A stretch of 64,000 bases of DNA from Eledone cirrhosa. Lineage: Eukaryota. The translations under genes were made by a program, and so were the position numbers. Location: NCBI GenBank assembly GCA_964016885.1, contig OZ024740.1, positions 324,818,001 through 324,882,000 on the forward strand, given 5' to 3'. Positions 24,212-38,949 of this stretch are shown piece by piece. The notes under the pieces are model-generated. The model had not been told where the DNA came from and ran no database searches. It saw only the letters and a program-made list of their open reading frames with translations. Numbering within the stretch: the first letter of the stretch is position 1; each line of letters starts with the position of its first letter.

Positions 24212-25014
24212 ACATTTAACCATGAAATTGAGTCGTAGGAGCACCGTAGTGACATACGATAGGACTTGGACGTTTTAACCTAGAGGAACCCAGAGAGAGA
24301 GAGAGAGAAAATTAACCCCAAGTGATGGACTGGTACTTTAGTTATCGTCCCGAAATGGTGAAAGGCAACTTTGACCTCAGTGGAATTTGAACTCGGAGTT
24401 TCAGAGAGGCGGTTAGTATACCACGAAGAATTCTGGCGTTCTAACGACTTTGATAATTCACTACTTGCAAAAGGATTAGAAAAAAACAATGAAATAAAAA
24501 TATGGTGGACCCAACATTAAATTTCCTTTGTTAATTTAAAAACTTCCTGATATATCCCCAATAGTATAGCTGCCGAATCTCACAGTTTAAATAAGTCATT
24601 AGATCTATAATTCAGCCTTCTAAGACTTCAATGGTAGTTAATATAATATGGACCTTCTGTAGGTTTACTGCCGATAAAATATGCAATTTGTCGCTGAACA
24701 GACGTAATGGAAGAATTTAAAACATAATAAACAGGAAGAGATAATAAAAAAAATACGTGGGAAGGAGAAAATTAAATAGTGAAAAAATTGGGAAAGAGTA
24801 AGGAAAGGGAAAACTCTAAATCCCTTCATTGGCGATTTATCCCAACTGCGCACCTTGAACAAAATAGCGAAAGCGTTTCTGTGGAGAACTGTCAGCGACT
24901 ACCACTATATCAGCCATTCCATCTCACGGAGCCCCTTACTCTTGATTTTGCAGAGCAAAATGCTAGCTGTCCAGGAATGGAGGACGCCCTGAGTTCTCGA
25001 CGGCGACTAGCACG

Positions 25015-25655
25015 AAATAAAAATGATTAAGAAGTTCGTTAATGATTACCTTAATCATAAATTCCCAAGTTCAATCCTACTGCCTGGTATCCTACCATAG
25101 CCTCGGATCCGCTTATATCTTGTGATTAAAACTAGGTAGACGTAAACTGTTTGGAAGCCCGTTAGATGGAATGTGCCTGTAATTTCATGGCTCAGTCGTG
25201 TCACTCAATGCATCGCATTAAAGCTCCCTGAATTAGTTAACGGTACACGTGTCTGTACAATACTTAGTCGCATGCACATTAATTTTATGAGTAGGCTGTT
25301 CAGTTAATCCAGAGGTTCTCAAACCTTTTGGGCCACCGCTCCCCTCATGGCTACGTAATACCCTCAGCGCCCTCACCCCTATTTCCAGAGAAACCTACCT
25401 ATACGCTAATTATAAATAAATAACATCATTAATTTATATATAATAAATAATATAATATATACTATGTATCAATAAATATTATATATCTTTTTATAATTAT
25501 GTATATTATTATACCATTTCTACCCCCTCCCTTAGGTCCCTGTGGACCCTGGACTTTCTTAACGCCCCCTGGGGGCATTAGCGCCCACTTTGTGAACCTC
25601 TGAGTTAATTGAACAACCAGAATACACTTCGCTGAAACTGACGGAGGTCCAACCT
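25015..25655 (+). mobile_element. Old family D tRNA-headed SINE, split by a hAT MITE
   Basis: Shares AAACTGTTTGGAAGCCCGT and downstream blocks with 36705-37020; degenerate B box AGTTCAATCC. Confidence 0.6.
25310..25602. mobile_element. hAT (Charlie-like) MITE, 293 bp
   Basis: TIRs CAGAGGTTCTCAAA / TTTGTGAACCTCTG; 8-bp TSD AGTTAATC (25302-25309) / AGTTAATT (25603-25610). Confidence 0.9.
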
Positions 25656-26239
25656 GCCAGTCACAGCTATGGAATGTGTCATGAGAGTCGACACAACTAT
25701 AAAACCAATCAGGCAACCACATAGGATGCTGACCTCAGAGAGGCGCATTAATAAATCTAAAAGAACATTAAGTTTATACAAATTTGTATAATTACATTAT
25801 CTATGTTCTCCTGCGATCAATAAAAGAATCATTAAATATCTTTGTCTCGTAGGAACATTGTAGAAATATCCAAAGTGGGGAGAGAGGGACGTATGTAATT
25901 ATATATTTTTATATGATTTAACATGTGTGGCTGCGCACAGTGTTTAGAAATGTATCCCACCATTCACTCATCATTCACTAAAATGCTATCTTCTCTCTTT
26001 TCATTAAAAAAGTTGGCAATAACGGTTGAAACATGATTCACCAGATGAGGTCTAATACGACTGAAACATTTTAGTCAATTTCGAAGATCGCCTTTCGTCT
26101 TGTCAGTATAATGTTGATAATATTATTAGGTAATGTAAGAAAATATTAAAATCAAACGACTACAGAAAATATTAGAAAGTACCTTTCCTATTTAAAAAAG
26201 TAATTTACACTCTATTTACAGGTATTGACTGTCATTAGG

Positions 26240-26610
26240 ACATTGGATAAAACTTAATTTTCAAATAAATTTCTATCACAATGCAATTGTAATCTAAGCT
26301 AACATGAAAGAACATCCTAACTCCCACTGTCATCGCTTCCATCTCTCTGGCCCGCCCCATCTCTCCGTATAGTGAGCAAATGGGGTTCCACGTGCTGGCC
26401 TCCCAGCCCCGGCGGACAGAATGGAGAAGGCGTTTCCCCGAAGGATGATAAGGGAGATGCGCTGGAAGAACCATTCCAACTCGTGAGGCTAACACCTGCG
26501 GCACAAGCTCAGGGCCTATGGTGGTGAGTAGGGAGGTAGCCCTAGGGCCAAGGACACCAGAAGTCTCCACTGCCAAGGGTACAACCGCAAACCTGTCGGA
26601 AAGCGGGTGG
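26240..26610 (-). mobile_element. CRE-like RLE retrotransposon 3' fragment
   Basis: FAVVPLAVETSGVLGPRATSLL and, after a frameshift, FQRISLIILRGNAFSIL (QR.S....RGNA C-terminal motif). Confidence 0.75.
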
Positions 26611-26954
26611 AGTAAATTTCAAACGATAGCTAAATTTATCTTTTTTGAAATGTAGAATTCACATTAATTTCTCAGTATAGACGTAACAAATGTAATCTCC
26701 AGCAGATATTACCCAAGCCTATCTCATATACCCCGGCATCAAATATATCGCCATCACAAATCTCACAGATAAGCCCACCCTGTCACGACTGCAACAACAA
26801 CACCAACAACAATAAAAATGGAATATAGCCAAACTTCCTGGTTTTTATAAAAACTTGAATTCCTTTATCAATTTATCTTTTATTTCTCCTTTCTCTTCTT
26901 CTCGTCTCGTTCTTTTGGTCTTCCTTCTTTTTCTTCACCCTCTTCAGTGACTTT

Positions 26955-27092
26955 ATCGTCACCATCATCATTGTCATCGTCATCGTCATCTTCTTCTTCT
27001 TCTTCTTCTTCTTCTTCTTCTTCTTCTTCTTCTTCTTCTTCTTCTTCTTCTTCTTCTTCTTCTTCTTCTTCTTCTTCTTCTTCTTCTTCTTC
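26955..27092. repeat. Compound (TCA/TCG)n(TCT)n trinucleotide microsatellite
   Basis: Direct reading; ~100 bp of pure TCT. Confidence 0.95.
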
Positions 27093-27281
27093 ATTTATGT
27101 ATGTGTGTATGCATTTGTGTATGTTTGTGTGTCTAGGTGTAATTATTTTGTGTGTGCCTTTGTGTGTATATGTGTATTTGTGAATGTGTGTGTGTGCATT
27201 TATGTACGTGTGTGCGTATTTGCGATATATATATATATATTTATATATATATATGGGTGTGTAATATATATGCATGCATGT

Positions 27282-27338
<57 letters not shown>

Positions 27339-27469
27339 TATGAGTTTATGTTATCATCATGTTAGATATGACAAAGTCTGGAGGTAATAAACCGGAAACA
27401 GACGAGAGAAAGACATAAAAAAAAATAAAAACAATTTGTAGATCAACCATAACCAGAATAATAATAATA

Positions 27470-27890
27470 GTAATGATTTCTAGCATAGGCACAAGACCAG
27501 CAATATTGGGGGAGGGGAAAGTCAACCTCATTACATTACTGGTGCTTTATTTTATCGCCCCCGTAAGGATGAAAGGCAAATTAACCTCGACGGGATTTGA
27601 ACTCAGACAGTAAAGGGATGTAACTCTATTCTGCAAAGCATGGTGCCTGACGCTTCAGCAATACCACCAATCCACTTCCCTATAATAATAATGGTTTCTA
27701 CTATAGGCACAAGGCCAGCATTTTTAGGGTGGGGAGAGTCGATTAAATCGACTCCTGTGCGTAACTTGTACTTTATTTTATCGATCTCGTAAGGATAAAA
27801 GGCAAAGTTAACCTCGGCGGGATTAGAACTCAGATCGTAACTCTATGCTGCGAAGCATGTTGTCCGACCCTCTACCGATACTGCCAATCC
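27470..27890 (-). mobile_element. Two tandem family B SINEs
   Basis: Two consecutive matches to the family B consensus on the - strand. Confidence 0.85.
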
Positions 27891-27924
27891 ATAATAATAA
27901 TAATGATAATAATAATAATAATAA

Positions 27925-28830
27925 TTATTATTATTATTATTATTATTTCTTTATTGGCCACAAGGACTGAAACATGTAGGACATTACAAAAGACACAGAC
28001 AGTGGGGATTTACATGGATAACTTTCTCTCGCTCCATTTCTAGATGAGATTGGCCACACTCTTCGTGAGCTGTTCTTATCCGCCTAGAGGTCTGGTCCAA
28101 ACCAGATCCTGTTCAACTTCAACGACCTGTCCGCCAGGCGTCCGGCTATGCTGTTGAATCGCACGGATTTCGCTTTCCATGTGTCGAATTACAAAGCCAC
28201 CGACTTGTCCGGGTTGATCGTTGCTCCCGTTAATCTTTTATATTCTTCCAAAAGTTGCTGACCACTTCGATTTCCGAATCATCACGGTGTCGTTTTCCGC
28301 GTATTCCGAGGCAGCTCTTCCATGTCCCGAATCGAGCGGGATGCCCTGCAACAGTTCCAGCTTCTGCAGTAGTGGCTCAACGTAGAGTCAGTACGTACAG
28401 AAGAGAGGAGAGCGGGCGTCTTTGACGAACCAAGCTCGTGATCTGGAATGGTTCTGATAAGTGGGCATTTACTTTGACCATCGAAAGAATGCCGCTGTAC
28501 ATTGCAGCGATCCAGCCTTTGAAGACAAGAGCAAAGCCTTTAGGACAGCCTCCAGGTATCGAAAGCTTTTGATTGATCCAAATTGATCAGAGCACCACCG
28601 AAGCCAGGTTCACCCCCTATCTTCACTATGATGTATCACAGGAGGTGGAGGTTGTCACATATGGGTTTGGTCGGGATTGCGCAAGTTGGCGCCACCCCCA
28701 CCAGATTCTTGACGTCAAACGAAAACCTTGCTGCTAGCACCTTGGCTAATATCCTAAACTTTGTGTTGAGCAGAATTTTGGGGTGGAAATTATTCATAAC
28801 GTGCCTCTTATTCTCGTCTTTCTTCATCAA
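27925..28830 (-). mobile_element. L1/Tx1-like LINE remnant (RT fragment, internally deleted 3' end, (AAT)n tail)
   Basis: HPKILLNTKFRILAKVLAARF..LVGVAPTCAIPTKPICDNLHLL; AATAAA then (AAT)n on the - strand near 27945. Confidence 0.75.
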
Positions 28831-29675
28831 CTTTCCTACATTCAGTTCGGTATATTACAAATGTTTGATTTAATTTCCGAGGGTAGCTCTGTCGACCATT
28901 TTCCTGTCACCAAGGGTAAATCTATTCGAAATTTTCGACTATTTTATAATTGCTCTGGTTTGTCGCGGTTTTTCAATAAAGCAGAATTTTTCAAAATTTG
29001 AAAAATATGGTTTGAGTACGAGATGAATACGATGTGTGTAAAATGATTGTCAATCCTATCAGCCGCCCTGAATGAAGGGCTTTCTGTCATGTCCATCTCC
29101 TGGAAAGTTGAATTAGTTCACAACCAAACTTCATATCTATGTATACACCCATACTTACTTAACCATACTTTTACTTCATCTGTCAATATATCATACTATG
29201 TTATCGTGTTCTCTATGCATGGAGATAAGAAAAGCAGTTGCATGATACTGAAAGGGCGGGGTGGACAGCGGTTAATCTACACATGCCTCACACGAATATG
29301 TAGATACATAGATAGATAGAGAGATACCTACATACATACATAAATACATACATACATACATACATAAAATAAATCTCTATATACCCGCTTACCTCCCTAT
29401 CTACTTACCGACCACACTACATATTACATCTAAACAAAATATGTTTAGATGGTTTTTCAGTACACAACTCCTCAACCTGCTATATCTACATATCAACACT
29501 TTCTCTTTCACCTAATATATACCCCTCCATATATATATGAACAACAACAAAACAAAGATTACCAGGTAACTTTTACTTTTCGTTACCACATCTTATATAT
29601 ATATATATATAAGATGTAGTCCAGAAATACCCGTCGAAACGGCTTGAGCTCTGCCGTCGGGGTCATACTTTTAAC

Positions 29676-29706
<31 letters not shown>

Positions 29707-29709
29707 GTG

Positions 29710-29780
<71 letters not shown>

Positions 29781-29892
29781 GTGTGTGTCTCTCTCTGTGT
29801 GTGTATCATATATATAGAGAAAGAAAGAAATGTGTGTATCTATGAATATCCCTCGGTTATTTCCTTTGTCTGACCATGAAAACTAAACTACT

Positions 29893-29927
<35 letters not shown>

Positions 29928-30011
29928 CTGTGGTTGTTGGTATATTTAACACTTCTGTTTTCGCGACTAGAGACGTATTATCTCCACTAGAAGTAAATTT
30001 CGTTTCATCTG

Positions 30012-30071
<60 letters not shown>

Positions 30072-30364
30072 GTAAAAATTAATAAATTTTTATATATTAC
30101 GTTTTTACTTAGATTTTATTTAATTCGCTTCAAATTTAATTAAAATATCCAATTAATTTAATAAGTTCTTTATTCTGTTTTTTATTTGTATTTCCGAAAT
30201 TGTGGTGTCGGTATCTTTTCTTGTTTATTGTATCCTTGCTAAAGTAATTAAACCACATTTGCAGTTCTTACATCTGAGTGAGTATATCAATTCCATGGTG
30301 CTATTAGTTATTGTCATTTAAACATCTAATGTTAATATATATATATATATATATATAAAGAATG

Positions 30365-30547
30365 AATAATTGTTTCTACCTTTGGCACAAGGCCAGCAAT
30401 TATCCAGTACATTACTGGTACTTTATTTTATCGACCCCGCAAGGATGAAAGGCAAAGTCAACCTCGGCGGGATTTGAACTCAGATCGTAAAGGGACGTAA
30501 CTATGCTGGAAAGCATGGCGTCCGACCCTCTACCGATACTGCCAATA
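30365..30547 (-). mobile_element. Family B SINE
   Basis: Matches consensus. Confidence 0.9.
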
Positions 30548-30586
30548 AGAATGAATAATAACAGGTAGACATAGAGAGAGAGAAAT

Positions 30587-31850
<1,264 letters not shown>

Positions 31851-32069
31851 TAATCCTTTCGATATATATGTACTCCAAAGTAAGTCTTGTTACTCTGGAG
31901 TTTCGCCTGTTTATCACAGAGTCATCAGACAAACATGCGAAACTCCAGATTAACAAGACTCACGTTTTAGCCTTAATATAAATGAATATAAAACCTCCAC
32001 TTCGGTATTGAGTACTACTTTCTCTCCACCGTCAACCACACGTACGGATATATAAATATATATATATAT

Positions 32070-32159
32070 ATAGGAACGAGTAGGACCCCGACGGCTGAGC
32101 TCAAGCCGTTTCGACGGCTAATTCTTGAGCTCAGCCGTCGGGGTCCTACTCGTTCCTAT
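32070..32159. repeat. 36-bp-arm palindrome containing the 3' half of a hammerhead (GAAAC-stem III-GTC)
   Basis: ATAGGAACGAGTAGGACCCCGACGGCTGAGCTCAAG / CTTGAGCTCAGCCGTCGGGGTCCTACTCGTTCCTAT; related single copies at 29631-29668 and 53281-53310. Confidence 0.85.
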
Positions 32160-32235
32160 TACCCACTCTACTACCCTAAGTATTGAGTACTTTGGTGCGT
32201 TATGGTCCGCCTGGTTCCTTACCACATTTCCTTCG

Positions 32236-32415
<180 letters not shown>

Positions 32416-32444
32416 TGTATATATATCTATATGTATGTATGTTA

Positions 32445-32516
<72 letters not shown>

Positions 32517-32623
32517 ATATATATATATGTGTGTGTGTAAAAGGTAAACAGAAATAACAACACAATCGGTACTGTATATGGAAGGGATATATTAGGTTAA
32601 CGCTTGATATAGCAGGAAGAGGG

Positions 32624-32659
32624 TCTTAACGTTTCTGACGCTAGTCTTTCATGAGAAGA
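32624..32659 (-). ncRNA. Degenerate minimal hammerhead motif
   Basis: - strand: CTT-CTCATGA-AA-GAC-TAGC-GTC-A-GAAA-CG-TT-AAG. Confidence 0.5.
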
Positions 32660-33039
32660 AAGAATGAGAAATAAGATAAATTGAGGGGACGGTGGGTTGG
32701 AATTGGAAAAAATGTCTTTAGATAAAAATAACAGGTCCATTCCTGTTGACATCTCATCATATCATATCATTTATTTATGTTTATACACGGAACAAAAAAG
32801 CGCTACTTAACGTTTAAAGCCCAATATTGACCATATCCCCAGAATGTAAGAGGAATCAAATTTGTGACCTAATCTTCAGGCGCCTATATGAGTTTATAAG
32901 ATACCACCATCAAAAGTATATGGTTGTAGATTACGAGTGAATATTACAGTCTCAGTGTATTTCTGTTGATGCAATAACCCTACAAACACGTGATAGTTTT
33001 AGTGCTAGCATATGGCTACAGACTGAAGCAAAGTATATT

Positions 33040-33115
<76 letters not shown>

Positions 33116-33396
33116 TGTATATATAATATATATAAGTGGAATTAAAAGTAAAAGGATTACATATCTAACATTCACACGGGTGGGGTTATGTTATACGTGA
33201 CATTTCATTAAATTTCCTTATTATAAACTGAAGTTATTCATAAAAACATCTTGCTGTCTCTACTTCTCAAGCATTTTGATTTATGACGGTGTAGACACAC
33301 AGGCACATCTCTCTCCCCCCCCCCCCCCCCCCCACACACACACACATACACAAACAAGCAGACACACCCCGAAACGCACACACATATATATATATG

Positions 33397-33469
<73 letters not shown>

Positions 33470-33651
33470 AGCGAGAGCGAGAGCGAGAAAGAGAGAGCGA
33501 GAGAGAGAGAACAGTATTTCATGAGATCTAATTTTCGCAGTTTAACATTCCGCAGAGAGGCAACCTTAGTTTTAGTCTTTTAGTTCCAAGTCATGTTTAA
33601 TCAATTAGACCTAAGATAAAATACATTGAAGACGTTATCATCTGTATACAA

Positions 33652-35305
33652 TTGAAGCAATTACATCTGGCAGATTCACTTTAGCCAGATGTACTTGACG
33701 CGTTAGTAACTTGGTCGCAGACTCAAGCAATTACATCATGGAAGAGTCCTTTTGGCCAGATGTACTTGACGCGTTAGTAACTTGATTGCAGACTCAAGCA
33801 ATTACATGATGGAAGAGTCCTTTTGACCAGATGTACTTGACGCGTTAGTAACTTGATTGCAGACTCAAGCAATTACATCATGGAAGAGTCCTTTTGACCA
33901 GATGTACTTGACGCGTTAGTAACTTGATTGCAGACTCAAGCAATTACATCATGGAAGAGTCCTTTTGACCAGATGTACTTGACGCGTTAGTAACTTGATC
34001 GCAGACTCAAGCAATTACATGATGGAAGAGTCCTTTTGACCAGATGCACTTGACGCGTGAGTAACTTGATCGCAGACTCAAGCAATTACATGATGGAAGA
34101 GTCCTTTTGGCCAGATGTACTTGACGCGTTAGTAACTTGATCTCAGACTCAAGCAATTACATCATGGAAGAGTCCTTTTGGCCAGATGTACTTGACGCGT
34201 TAGTAACTTGATTGCAGACTCAAGCAATTACATGATGGAAGAGTCCTTTTGGCCAGATGTACTTGACGCGTTAGTAACTTGATCTCAGACTCAAGCAATT
34301 ACATGATGGAAGAGTCCTTTTGGCCAGATGTACTTGACGCGTTAGTAACTTGATCTCAGACTCAAGCAATTACATGATGGAAGAGTCCTTTTGACCAGAT
34401 GTACTTGACGCGTGAGTAACTTGATCGCAGACTCAAGCAATTACATGATGGAAGAGTCCTTTTGGCCAGATGTACTTGACGCGTTAGTAACTTGATCTCA
34501 GACTCAAGCAATTACATGATGGAAGAGTCCTTTTGGCCAGATGTACTTGACGCGTTAGTAACTTGATCTCAGACTCAAGCAATTACATGATGGAAGAGTC
34601 CTTTTGACCAGATGTACTTGACGCGTGAGTAACTTGATCGCAGACTCAAGCAATTACATGATGGAAGAGTCCTTTTGGCCAGATGTACTTGACGCGTTAG
34701 TAACTTGATCTCAGACTCAAGCAATTACATGATGGAAGAGTCCTTTTGACCAGATGTACTTGACGCGTGAGTAACTTGATCGCAGACTCAAGCAATTACA
34801 TGATGGAAGAGTCCTTTTGGCCAGATGTACTTGACGCGTTAGTAACTTGATCTCAGACTCAAGCAATTACATGATGGAAGAGTCCTTTTGACCAGATGTA
34901 CTTGACGCGTGAGTAACTTGATCGCAGACTCAAGCAATTACATGATGGAAGAGTCCTTTTGGCCAGATGTACTTGACGCGTTAGTAACTTGATCGCAGAC
35001 TCAAGCAATTACATCATGGAAGAGTCCTTTTGGCCAGATGTACTTGACGCGTTAGTAACTTGATCGCAGACTCAAGCAATTACATGATGGAAGAGTCCTT
35101 TTGGCCAGATGTACTTGACGCGTTAGTAACTTGATCGCAGACTCAAGCAATTACATCATGGAAGAGTCCTTTTGGCCAGATGTACTTGACGCGTTAGTAA
35201 CTTGATCGCAGACTCAAGCAATTACATCATGGAAGAGTCATTTTGTCCAGATGTACTTAACGGGTTAGTAACTTAAGCCCAGACTGAAGCAATTACATTA
35301 TGGAA
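33652..35305. repeat. 71-bp minisatellite, 22 full units (33720-35281) plus degenerate flanking units
   Basis: Unit GACTCAAGCAATTACAT(C/G)ATGGAAGAGTCCTTTTG(G/A)CCAGATGTACTTGACGCGT(T/G)AGTAACTTGAT(TG/CG/CT)CA recurs every 71 nt; no spacers. Confidence 0.97.
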
Positions 35306-35999
35306 TTACCTCATTTTAGTCACAGTCTTACTTCCCAGGTAAGCGAATTAATCTGAAACTGTGTGTTAGAAATGGAACAACCAATCAATAGAGAGTCATG
35401 TAAGCGTTTAAATAAAGACACAAAACCTGTTATTTTTAATTTTTTCATATATTTCATGGTGTTAAAAGTTTCGTCGCATTCTTTGTTACCTCATTTCACA
35501 CAAATGATTGCAACGAAATAGATAAATGTAAACATACATTTTATAAAACATTTTAATGGTTCCCATACATAATTGTCTTAGTAATATACTAATTATTGAA
35601 ATCCATTAAAATTTACAAAGGACACCATGTTTAAATTATTTAGGTTGTAACAAAGAATATCTGGTGTAAATTTTCGAAAAAATTTCAAAATTCTCCCATA
35701 GGTAAGTTACCAAAGATGCAAAGCGAAACTTTGTCTTTAATTTATCTTTCTAATATCATTCATTCATTTCTGATTATGCTCGTTATCATGGTTTCCAAAG
35801 AAAGGTTATACATTCATTACATGGTAGTCTTATCTATTATACACCAGCTTGTTTTAATCAAACGAATATACACCCACATCTCACTGAGTTTATTGAGAAC
35901 GTTTCACTCGTGTGATATCTGGCACACACAGCATCGAAGACATTTTTATTTTAGTATAAGTATATATACATATGTATATACCTATGTATATATATATAT

Positions 36000-36090
<91 letters not shown>

Positions 36091-36137
36091 GTGTGTGTGT
36101 GTGTGTATGTATCTGTATCCATTTATCTTTCACTCTA

Positions 36138-36211
<74 letters not shown>

Positions 36212-36704
36212 AACATATATATGTGTGTGAGTGAGTAAACATATAAATATATAATTATATACGACTCCCTTGAAAGAATGTAGATCACTGTGGGAGATAG
36301 GCTGTTTCCAAGACATTGCTTACATAAATCTTGATAATGTCAATCCACCACAGCTGTTACCATATCTAAAGTTAAGATGATACTTGCTATCATATTAACA
36401 AAATTTGTAATCGTTTGAACACAAAATTAGTCATTGATTAACCTAGCTTTATACAATGGAGAGTTTGTATTGAGGACGTATTAGCCAAGTTGTTTTGTTC
36501 TGATTGTCAGTCAACCGTGATGACGAAACCTAGTTTTAAAAAGAGACTGACATGAAAAGACGAGGGCTATGAAACATTTAAAGGTATTCTCTCTTTAATC
36601 TCGGTATTATAGTATAATTCACAGGGTTCACACCAGTCCCTTGGTAACATATAATGTTACCACCAGATGTTATTCTCAAAGTGGATATATTACAAATTTG
36701 GTCG

Positions 36705-37020
36705 CAGCATAGCCGAATGGTTAAGGAGTTCGCTAGGTCCCCGGTTCGATCCCATTGTGTTGTAATTTGAGCAAGCTTCATTTACCGTAGTCTCGGGTCG
36801 ACTCATGCCTTGTAGAGGCAAACTGTTTGGAAGCCCGTCTAGATCGACTGTACTAGTAATTCAATCGGCCAACCTTGTCACATTGAAACTTCTTGAGAAC
36901 TATATTGAGGGTTCACGTGCCTGTGGAACGCTCAGAGACATACACGGTAATTTCATGAGCAGACTGCTCTGTTAAGTCAACTGCGGGAACACTCCTGGTT
37001 GAAATTGGCGGACGTCCATG
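36705..37020 (+). mobile_element. Family D tRNA-headed SINE (old)
   Basis: TAGCCGAATGGTTAAG (A box) and GGTTCGATCCC (B box); body similar to 25015-25655; further degenerate relatives at ~39440-39685 (-), ~44200-44440 (+), ~46010-46275 (-), ~58570-58800 (+). Confidence 0.7.
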
Positions 37021-37080
37021 CCATTATACAAATTCACTCAACGCTTCGCAGCAAAACTTGTGTTTCTTTATATAAATAGA

Positions 37081-37111
<31 letters not shown>

Positions 37112-37154
37112 GGAGAGAGAGAGAGAGAGAGAGCGAGCGAGTGAGTGAGAGAGA

Positions 37155-37203
<49 letters not shown>

Positions 37204-37660
37204 TTTGCGGTACTGGGACCGGGAATACCACAAATCAAAGAAGTACTCAATACATGGTAAAATGTATTATTGTGTATATTATACATAAATACACAAACAC
37301 ACAAACACGCATGCACACACACACGCACACACACACACACAAACACACAAACACTCACACACATACATATATATATATAGAAACACTAGTTTTGCGAAGC
37401 GTTGAGTGAATTTGTGTGTGTGTACGTGTGTGCATGCGTGCGTGCGTGCACGTGAGCATGTGTGTTAGCGTGCGTGCATGTGAGTATGTGTGTGTGTATG
37501 TATATATATATATATATATATGTAAATATATACATACATACAAGCCAACGTTGGTGCGCTTTCATCAGATAAAGCGCACCAATGTAGTCTTGGTTGCCCT
37601 TGAAATATATATAAAATAAATATGGTTTTATAAATATAGTTTCCATTTATTTAATATCAT

Positions 37661-37698
<38 letters not shown>

Positions 37699-37725
37699 TA
37701 TATCTATATATATATATATATATAT

Positions 37726-38114
37726 ATATATTAGTAAAAGCAAAAGAAAATGCTGACAAATATTTCCCAGTGAAAAATAGTTTAATTAGGAATAAGTATA
37801 AATTAGTAATAAGTATTGGTTAGTATTCAGTTTTAGTTTTAAGTTTTTACCGGTTGCGCATTTCTAATGCTTCTCAAAAATAATTTTGAGATAGAGCGCT
37901 CGTGATGTTTGCTCTAATCTGATTAGAGCAAACATCACGAGCGCTCTATCTCAAAATTATTTTTGAGAAGCATTAGAAATGCGCAACCGGTAAAAACTTA
38001 AAACTAAAACTGAATACTAACCAATACTTATTACTAATTTATACTTATTCCTAATTAAACTATTTTTCACTGGGAAATATTTGTCAGCATTTTCTTTTGC
38101 TTTTACTAATATAT
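37726..38114. repeat. Apparently perfect 194-bp-arm palindrome with 1-nt centre (37920), containing a minimal hammerhead-like motif
   Basis: ...GCTCTAATC-T-GATTAGAGC...; motif at 37960-37996 TTT-TTGAGAA-GCATT-AGA-AATGC-GCAA-CCGG-TA-AAAA. Confidence 0.92.
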
Positions 38115-38151
38115 CACAACTCATGTGTTACACCTCTACTTTTTAAAATAT

Positions 38152-38200
<49 letters not shown>

Positions 38201-38689
38201 CACTTATATATATATATATATATAGTAAGGTGCATTATTGGTTGTGTAAAATGGTCCAATAAATTTATGTTACCAATATTAAGTTCTCCCGCTTTTGTAT
38301 ATTCTTCTTTGACCTCGAGCCGGTGTATGTGAGTGTGGAGTGTGTGTGTACTCACTCACATTAACTGTGACCGACTATATCCCTACAGATTTGATTGATG
38401 TCCAGCCTCTTTTGCAGCGATAGGAATCTGACAACTTTTATGACCTCAACTGAAGTTAATAGCAGTCGCCGTGTCTCTGACTGGTGTGTCTCCATATGAG
38501 GGAATGAATTCTGTGAGAGATCATCGTTATTTTTTTTCTCCCTCATGTCAAGAATTTGAAGACAATTCATTTTCACTTGATGAGATCAGTGATAATCGAC
38601 CATGGCTTCACAATCTATCTATCTCTTATTGAAACATGTGTCGTGATTAAATGATTGGAATTTTACCTTGCCTTCGGATTTTCATTTTG

Positions 38690-38795
<106 letters not shown>

Positions 38796-38822
38796 CCAAA
38801 AAGACAAACACAGAGATACATG

Positions 38823-38896
<74 letters not shown>

Positions 38897-38899
38897 TGT

Positions 38900-38949
<50 letters not shown>

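Noticed and set aside
26873-27275. Poly-E/poly-K/poly-S protein
   Set aside because: (TCT)n microsatellite translated in several frames; no flanking coding signal.
33652-35305. CRISPR-like array
   Set aside because: Units are contiguous and near-identical with no unique spacers, there are no cas genes, and the context is eukaryotic.
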